Shown: one piece after another, positions 36,952 through 42,206 of the stretch | How positions within the stretch are numbered: the first letter of the stretch is position 1 | Layout of the letters: each line of letters begins with the position of its first letter | DNA from: Sulfurospirillum sp. | GTDB lineage: Bacteria > Campylobacterota > Campylobacteria > Campylobacterales > Sulfurospirillaceae | Direction of reading: 5' to 3' | DNA length: 42,206 nt | NCBI GenBank assembly: GCA_045047115.1 | Contig: JASFYR010000029.1 | Coordinates: 1-42,206, forward strand | Made by a program: the position numbers and the translations under genes | Notes under the pieces: model-generated | Database searches by the model: none | What the model saw: only the letters and a program-made list of their open reading frames with translations | What the model was told of the DNA's origin: nothing

Positions 36952-37644
36952 ATGGGTCAAAAAGTAAATCCAATTGGTTTAAGACTTGGAATCAATAGAA
37001 ATTGGGATTCAAGATGGTATCCAGGAGTAAATGCGGCAGCAAATATTGGCGAAGATTATAAAATAAGAACTTTTCTAAAAAAAGAGCTCTATTATGCTGG
37101 TGTCAGCCAAATTGTTATCGAAAGAACCGCAAAGAAACTAAGAGTTACAGTTGTTGCAGCTCGTCCGGGAATCATCATAGGTAAAAAAGGTGCAGATATT
37201 GAAAAGCTTAGAGTAAAACTAAATAAGCTTGTTGGTAAAGATGTAAATGTAAATATCAAAGAAGAGAGAAAAGCACAGGCTTCTGCTCAACTGGCAGCTG
37301 AAAATGTTGCAATGCAATTAGAAAGAAGAGTTGCATTTAGAAGAGCAATGAAAAAAGTTATCCAAGGTGCTCAAAAGTCTGGTGCAAAAGGTATAAAGAT
37401 ACAGGTTGCCGGAAGACTTGGCGGCGCTGAGATGGCAAGAACTGAGTGGTATCTTGAAGGAAGAGTTCCTCTTCATACACTAAGAGCCAAGATCGATTAT
37501 GGGTTCGCTGAAGCTCATACGACTTATGGAATCATCGGTGTAAAAGTATGGATATTTAAAGGTGAAGTTTTAAGTAAAGGCGTTCCTGCTGAAAAGGCGG
37601 AGCCACGAGAGTCTAGAAGACCAAGAAGAAGAGGTAGAAACTAA
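36952..37644 (+). CDS. rpsC: 30S ribosomal protein S3
   Basis: [13 protein letters not shown]. Confidence 0.98.
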   Translation: MGQKVNPIGLRLGINRNWDSRWYPGVNAAANIGEDYKIRTFLKKELYYAGVSQIVIERTAKKLRVTVVAARPGIIIGKKGADIEKLRVKLNKLVGKDVNVNIKEERKAQASAQLAAENVAMQLERRVAFRRAMKKVIQGAQKSGAKGIKIQVAGRLGGAEMARTEWYLEGRVPLHTLRAKIDYGFAEAHTTYGIIGVKVWIFKGEVLSKGVPAEKAEPRESRRPRRRGRN

Positions 37645-38069
37645 TGTTAATGCCAAAAAGAACAAAATACAAAAAGCAGATGAAAGGCCGTAATCGCGGT
37701 AAATCTTTCAGAGGTAACTCTATAGCTTTTGGTGATATTGCACTTAAAGCTATCGAAGCCGGCAGAATTGATTCTCGCCAGATAGAAGCGGCAAGAATTG
37801 CAATGACCAGAAAAGTAAATAGACAAGCAAAGACTTGGATAAGAGTATTCCCTGACAAACCTTTGACAGCCAAGCCACTAGAAACCAGGATGGGTAAAGG
37901 TAAAGGTCCTGTTGATAGATGGGTTATGAATATAAAGCCGGGTCGTATAGTTTATGAGATGGCCGGAGTTAGTGAAGAGCTTGCAAGAGAAGCTTTGACA
38001 CTTGCTATGCATAAACTGCCATTTAAAACAAAAATTATAACTAAAGAGAGCGAAAATGAAGTATATTGA
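37644..38069 (+). CDS. rplP: 50S ribosomal protein L16
   Basis: RMGKGKG. Confidence 0.98.
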   Translation: MLMPKRTKYKKQMKGRNRGKSFRGNSIAFGDIALKAIEAGRIDSRQIEAARIAMTRKVNRQAKTWIRVFPDKPLTAKPLETRMGKGKGPVDRWVMNIKPGRIVYEMAGVSEELAREALTLAMHKLPFKTKIITKESENEVY

Positions 38070-38244
38070 TTTAAAAGAAAAAAATGCTTCAGAACTTTTG
38101 GAGTTATTAAAAGAGAAAAAGGTTCTTTTGTTTACAGTAAAGCAAAAGTTAAAAACAATGCAACTAACTAATCCAAATGAGTTAAGAGAAGTTAGAAGAG
38201 ATATTGCGCGTATTAATACGGCTATTTCCGCTCAAAATAAGTAA
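38056..38244 (+). CDS. rpmC: 50S ribosomal protein L29
   Basis: RRDIARINT. Confidence 0.95.
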   Translation: MKYIDLKEKNASELLELLKEKKVLLFTVKQKLKTMQLTNPNELREVRRDIARINTAISAQNK

Positions 38245-38257
38245 TTAAGGGTAAGTA

Positions 38258-38509
38258 ATGGCTTTAAAAAGAGAGATTCAAGGCGTAGTTGTACAAAAAG
38301 CTGGTGAAAAAACAGCTACTATTTTAGTTGAAAGAAGAGTAATGCACCCGCGATATCGCAAGTTCGTTAAACGATTCAAAAAATATCTTGTACATGACGA
38401 AAAAAATGAAGTTAAAGCAGGAGATGTGATAATCGCAATCGAGTGCAGGCCACTATCTAAAAATAAATCTTTTAGATTAAAAGAAATCGTATCTGTAGGA
38501 GTTGAGTAA
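38258..38509 (+). CDS. rpsQ: 30S ribosomal protein S17
   Basis: HPRYRK and ECRPLSK. Confidence 0.97.
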   Translation: MALKREIQGVVVQKAGEKTATILVERRVMHPRYRKFVKRFKKYLVHDEKNEVKAGDVIIAIECRPLSKNKSFRLKEIVSVGVE

Positions 38510-38877
38510 TGATTCAAAGTTTTACTAGACTCGCAGTTGCTGATAACACCGGTGCAAAAGAGATTATGTGTATAAAAGTGTTGGGCGGCAGTAAGAGAAG
38601 ATATGCAAGTGTTGGTGATATTATCGTAGCTTCCGTAAAGAAAGCCATACCAACTGCAAAGGTTAAAAAAGGTCAAGTTGTAAAAGCGGTCATCGTTAGA
38701 ACTAAAAAGGAGATTCAAAGAGAAAATGGATCTTTGATTAGATTTGATGAAAATGCTGCTGTTATACTTGATAGTAAAAAAGAGCCTATGGGGACAAGAA
38801 TTTTTGGACCTGTAAGTCGTGAAGTAAGATATGCAAATTTTATGAAGATTGTTTCACTTGCTCCGGAGGTACTATAA
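38509..38877 (+). CDS. rplN: 50S ribosomal protein L14
   Basis: VADNTGAK and SLAPEVL. Confidence 0.98.
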   Translation: MIQSFTRLAVADNTGAKEIMCIKVLGGSKRRYASVGDIIVASVKKAIPTAKVKKGQVVKAVIVRTKKEIQRENGSLIRFDENAAVILDSKKEPMGTRIFGPVSREVRYANFMKIVSLAPEVL

Positions 38878-39113
38878 TGTCAGTTAAATTTAAAATCAAA
38901 AAAGGTGATAGAGTTAAAATTATTGCCGGAGATGATAAAGGCAAAGTCGCAAAGGTTACTAGAGTTCTTCCAAAGAGTTCCCAGGTAATTGTTGAGGGTT
39001 GCAAGATAGTAAAAAAAGCTATCAAACCTGATGACAATCACCCAAAAGGTGGATTTGTAAACAAAGAGATGCCAATCAATATCTCAAATGTGCAAAAAGT
39101 CGAGGGTGAATAA
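38877..39113 (+). CDS. rplX: 50S ribosomal protein L24
   Basis: [19 protein letters not shown] motif. Confidence 0.96.
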   Translation: MSVKFKIKKGDRVKIIAGDDKGKVAKVTRVLPKSSQVIVEGCKIVKKAIKPDDNHPKGGFVNKEMPINISNVQKVEGE

Positions 39114-39658
39114 TGAATAGATTAAAAGCAAGATACAGTGCGGAGATAAAAGACGCATTAGTAAAAGAGTTTGATATTAAAAACCCTATGTTGATACCTG
39201 CTGTTGAAAAGGTTGTTATCAGTGTTGGTGCCGGTGAAGAGGGAAAAGACAACAAGATTATACAAAATATTGTTGATACAATCTCTTTGATAGCAGGACA
39301 AAAAGCAGTGGTAACAGTAGCTAAAAAATCAGTAGCGGGTTTCAAAGTTAGAGAGGGATATCCTGTTGGTGTAAAAGTTACACTAAGAGATGAGAGAATG
39401 TATGCGTTTTTAGATAAACTAATCGCAGTCGCACTTCCTCGTGTGAAGGATTTTCGTGGTTTGCCAAGACATGGATTTGACGGAAGAGCAAACTATAACT
39501 TTGGTTTAGATGAGCAGTTGATGTTTCCTGAGGTTGAGTATGATGATATACTTAAAACTCATGGTATGAATATCACAATTGTAACAACAGCCGCTGATGA
39601 CAAGCAAGCTTTCAAGCTTCTTGAGTTAATCGGGCTACCATTCGCAAAGGGTCGTTAA
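39113..39658 (+). CDS. rplE: 50S ribosomal protein L5
   Basis: LPRVKDFRG. Confidence 0.98.
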   Translation: MNRLKARYSAEIKDALVKEFDIKNPMLIPAVEKVVISVGAGEEGKDNKIIQNIVDTISLIAGQKAVVTVAKKSVAGFKVREGYPVGVKVTLRDERMYAFLDKLIAVALPRVKDFRGLPRHGFDGRANYNFGLDEQLMFPEVEYDDILKTHGMNITIVTTAADDKQAFKLLELIGLPFAKGR

Positions 39659-39659
39659 G

Positions 39660-39845
39660 ATGGCAAAAAAATCAATGATAGCTAAGGCAAAGAGAAAAGC
39701 CAAATTTAGCACAAGAGCATACACTAGATGTCAAATCTGTGGTCGTCCACATTCTGTTTATAGAGATTTTGGTATATGTAGGATTTGTCTTAGAAAAATG
39801 GCAAATGAGGGTCTGATTCCAGGACTCAAAAAAGCAAGTTGGTAA
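39660..39845 (+). CDS. rpsN: 30S ribosomal protein S14 (short Zn-binding type)
   Basis: CQICGR...CRIC, 61 aa. Confidence 0.96.
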   Translation: MAKKSMIAKAKRKAKFSTRAYTRCQICGRPHSVYRDFGICRICLRKMANEGLIPGLKKASW

Positions 39846-39854
39846 GGAAAGATA

Positions 39855-40250
39855 ATGATAAATGATCTCGTAGCAGATTCTATAACAAGAGTCAGAAATG
39901 CAGCCATGAGAAAGCTGGATGTTACTACACTTATGCACTCAAAATTAGTAGAGGCTGTTATGGTTGTATTCCAGAACAAAGGCTACATAGAGAGTTATAA
40001 TGTTGTAAAAGACGGTAACAAAAAGTTTATAAAAGTTGTTATTAAGTACGACAACAATGGCAAAAGTGTTATAACAGAAGTTAAAAAAATCTCAAAACCG
40101 GGCAGAAGAGTCTATAAAGGTAAAGATGAGATGAAGCGCTTTAAAAATGGTTATGGTACGATAGTGGTTAGTACATCAAAAGGTGTGCTTAGTAATGAAG
40201 ATGCTCATAAAGCCGGTGTTGGCGGAGAGCTTCTTTGTAGTATTTGGTAA
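39855..40250 (+). CDS. rpsH: 30S ribosomal protein S8
   Basis: SKPGRRVY and GGE. Confidence 0.98.
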   Translation: MINDLVADSITRVRNAAMRKLDVTTLMHSKLVEAVMVVFQNKGYIESYNVVKDGNKKFIKVVIKYDNNGKSVITEVKKISKPGRRVYKGKDEMKRFKNGYGTIVVSTSKGVLSNEDAHKAGVGGELLCSIW

Positions 40251-40323
40251 GAAGTTTTCTTTTTATGGTATTCGATATCCATTTTAAGATGTAGACTTAT
40301 CGTAGACAAGTAAAAGGAAAAAA

Positions 40324-40860
40324 ATGTCTCGTATTGGAAAACAACCAGTAGCTATACCTAGCGGAGTTGAGGTGAAACTTGATGGCGATGTACTGGTATT
40401 TAAAAAAGGCAGTGTTCAAAAGAAGTTGGACACAAAAGGTAATGTTGTTGTAAAAGTAGAGAATGGAAACATCTCTTTTTTGCCTAAGAGTGACGATAGG
40501 AAAGATCGCGCTTTTTGGGGAACTTACAGATCACTTAGTCAAAATGTTATAGTAGGATTAACTGATGGTTTTGTAAAAAAACTAGAGATAAATGGAGTTG
40601 GTTACAGAGCCGCAGTAAAAGGTAATGTTCTTGAACTTCAACTCGGATTTTCTCATCCGGTTAATTATGAATTTCCAAAAGACTTAAATATTGTAGTAGA
40701 GAAAAATCTTGTAACAATCAAGGGCGATGACAAACAAGTTGTCGGTCAAGTGGCTGCAGAGATTAGAGCTTTCAGGCCACCTGAGCCATACAAAGGCAAA
40801 GGTGTTAAGTATTCTGATGAAGTTATTATCCGCAAAGCCGGAAAAACAGCTAAGAAATAG
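40324..40860 (+). CDS. rplF: 50S ribosomal protein L6
   Basis: MSRIGK and PEPYKGKG. Confidence 0.98.
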   Translation: MSRIGKQPVAIPSGVEVKLDGDVLVFKKGSVQKKLDTKGNVVVKVENGNISFLPKSDDRKDRAFWGTYRSLSQNVIVGLTDGFVKKLEINGVGYRAAVKGNVLELQLGFSHPVNYEFPKDLNIVVEKNLVTIKGDDKQVVGQVAAEIRAFRPPEPYKGKGVKYSDEVIIRKAGKTAKK

Positions 40861-40868
40861 AGGTTAAA

Positions 40869-41225
40869 ATGAGACAAAATATTTTAAAACGCAAGTTAAA
40901 CTTAAGAGCTAAGCGTAAAAGAAGAGTAAGAGCTAAAATTTTCGGTACATGTGAGTTGGTTAGAGTCTCTGTCTTTAAATCAAATAAAGCAGTATATGCT
41001 CAAGCGATTGATGATGTAAATGGCGTAACACTGGCAAGCGTAGATGGTAATAAATTAGGACTTAAAGCAAATAAAGAGGGAGCAGCACAACTTGCAAAAG
41101 TTTTTGCCGATACTCTTAAGTCTAAAGATTTAAATAAGATAGTATTTGATAGAAATGGATATCTCTATCATGGAGTTGTGGCTGCTTTTGCGCAGGGCCT
41201 TAGAGATAACGGTATTACACTGTAA
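40869..41225 (+). CDS. rplR: 50S ribosomal protein L18
   Basis: [10 protein letters not shown]. Confidence 0.97.
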   Translation: MRQNILKRKLNLRAKRKRRVRAKIFGTCELVRVSVFKSNKAVYAQAIDDVNGVTLASVDGNKLGLKANKEGAAQLAKVFADTLKSKDLNKIVFDRNGYLYHGVVAAFAQGLRDNGITL

Positions 41226-41241
41226 ATAAAGGAACGATATA

Positions 41242-41685
41242 ATGGAAAAATATAATAGAGAAGAGTTTGAAGAAGTTATCGTTAATATAGGTCGTGTAAC
41301 AAAAGTTGTTAAAGGCGGTAGAAGATTTAGATTTACTGCTCTTGTGGTAATTGGCAACAAAAAAGGACTTGTAGGATACGGATTTGGTAAAGCCAAAGAG
41401 GTTCCAAATGCGATTAAAAAAGCGGTTGACGATGCTTTTAAAAATATAATGGAAGTAAATGTTAAGGGCTCAACCATAGCGCACGATGTTGAGGTTAAGT
41501 TCAATGCAAGTAGAATCCTGCTTAAACCGGCAAGCGAGGGTACTGGTATCATCGCTGGTGGTGCGACTCGTCCTGTGGTTGAGTTGGCTGGCATCAAGGA
41601 TATCTTGACTAAGTCATTGGGTTCAAACAATCCTTCAAATGTTGTAAGAGCAACTCTTAAAGCTCTCAGTATGTTAAAAAGTTAG
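41242..41685 (+). CDS. rpsE: 30S ribosomal protein S5
   Basis: [12 protein letters not shown]. Confidence 0.98.
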   Translation: MEKYNREEFEEVIVNIGRVTKVVKGGRRFRFTALVVIGNKKGLVGYGFGKAKEVPNAIKKAVDDAFKNIMEVNVKGSTIAHDVEVKFNASRILLKPASEGTGIIAGGATRPVVELAGIKDILTKSLGSNNPSNVVRATLKALSMLKS

Positions 41686-41699
41686 AGGGGGTATGAATT

Positions 41700-42104
41700 A
41701 TGGCATTAGATAATTTAACACCGGCAGGAAATTCAACTCATAAGAGCAAGAGAAAAGGCAGAGGTCAGGGATCTGGCATGGGTAAGACTGCAAGCAGAGG
41801 TGCAAATGGTCAAAAATCTCGTACAGGTTACAGTATAAAAAGAGGATTCGAGGGTGGTCAACAACCACTTCAAAGAAGACTTCCAAAAGTCGGTTTTTAC
41901 TCAGGACTAATTAAGCCTTATGTAATAAATGTTCAAAAGATAAAATCAGTAGCTACTCTCGAAGAGATTACTATGGAAACTCTTAGAAGTGTTCATAAGA
42001 TAGCAAATTCTGTAAAACAGGTTAAGTTGATAGGCAAAGGCGCAAAAGAGCTAGCAGCAAAAATCAAAGATGAAAATGTAATTTACAGTGGAATTAACAA
42101 ATAG
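41700..42104 (+). CDS. rplO: 50S ribosomal protein L15
   Basis: [15 protein letters not shown]. Confidence 0.97.
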   Translation: MALDNLTPAGNSTHKSKRKGRGQGSGMGKTASRGANGQKSRTGYSIKRGFEGGQQPLQRRLPKVGFYSGLIKPYVINVQKIKSVATLEEITMETLRSVHKIANSVKQVKLIGKGAKELAAKIKDENVIYSGINK

Positions 42105-42107
42105 CAA

Positions 42108-42206
42108 ATGAAACATTCTATGCAAAGCATTAGCTTTAGTGAGAGGAATTTAACTTGGGCTTTGCCTAAGTTAAAGGAGACATCAATATGAAACATTCTA
42201 TGCAAA
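42108..42206. repeat. Direct repeat with 80-bp period and an internal hairpin (cut off by the window end)
   Basis: ATGAAACATTCTATGCAAA at 42108-42126 and 42188-42206; hairpin TTTAACTTGGGC-TTT-GCCTAAGTTAAA at 42149-42175. Confidence 0.75.

Noticed and set aside
41686..41699. Missing rpmD (L30) between rpsE and rplO
   Set aside because: To my knowledge this absence is normal for Campylobacterota.
42108..42206. CRISPR array
   Set aside because: Only two 19-bp copies are visible, the 61-bp spacer is itself a hairpin, and no cas genes are present.

Overview
The window comes from an AT-rich Campylobacterota (Epsilonproteobacteria)-like chromosome; this taxonomic call is inferred from gene order and protein style. 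Bases 316-12657 hold a 12.3 kb filamentous prophage (inovirus) integrated in tRNA-Sec (selC) and bounded by a perfect 66-bp direct repeat. It encodes its own tyrosine integrase, HUH Rep, secretin, Zot/pI ATPase, pVI, pIII, three small coat-type proteins missed by the ORF track, an ssDNA-binding protein, an HTH repressor and a membrane-anchored Mrr-like nuclease. Nested in the prophage is the most unusual element: a 2218-bp ISL3-family insertion sequence (29-bp terminal inverted repeats, 8-bp target duplication). Its single ORF fuses a PAPS/APS-reductase-like putative Fe-S domain to an apparently intact DDE transposase, and there is an internal RBS+ATG at the domain junction. Two tandem pseudoknot-like folds precede the phage ssb gene. 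Downstream lie a type II secretion cluster (gspK-L-M-N-C-D-E-F-like), a 1581-aa Ig-repeat lipoprotein rich in bacterial N-glycosylation sequons, tRNA-Ala, a ThiI-like gene, dnaG, a lapB-like gene, rnhA, rnc, aroC, a 266-bp MITE-like element, rnhB, an AAA ATPase and the S10-spc ribosomal protein operon (rpsJ to rplO).
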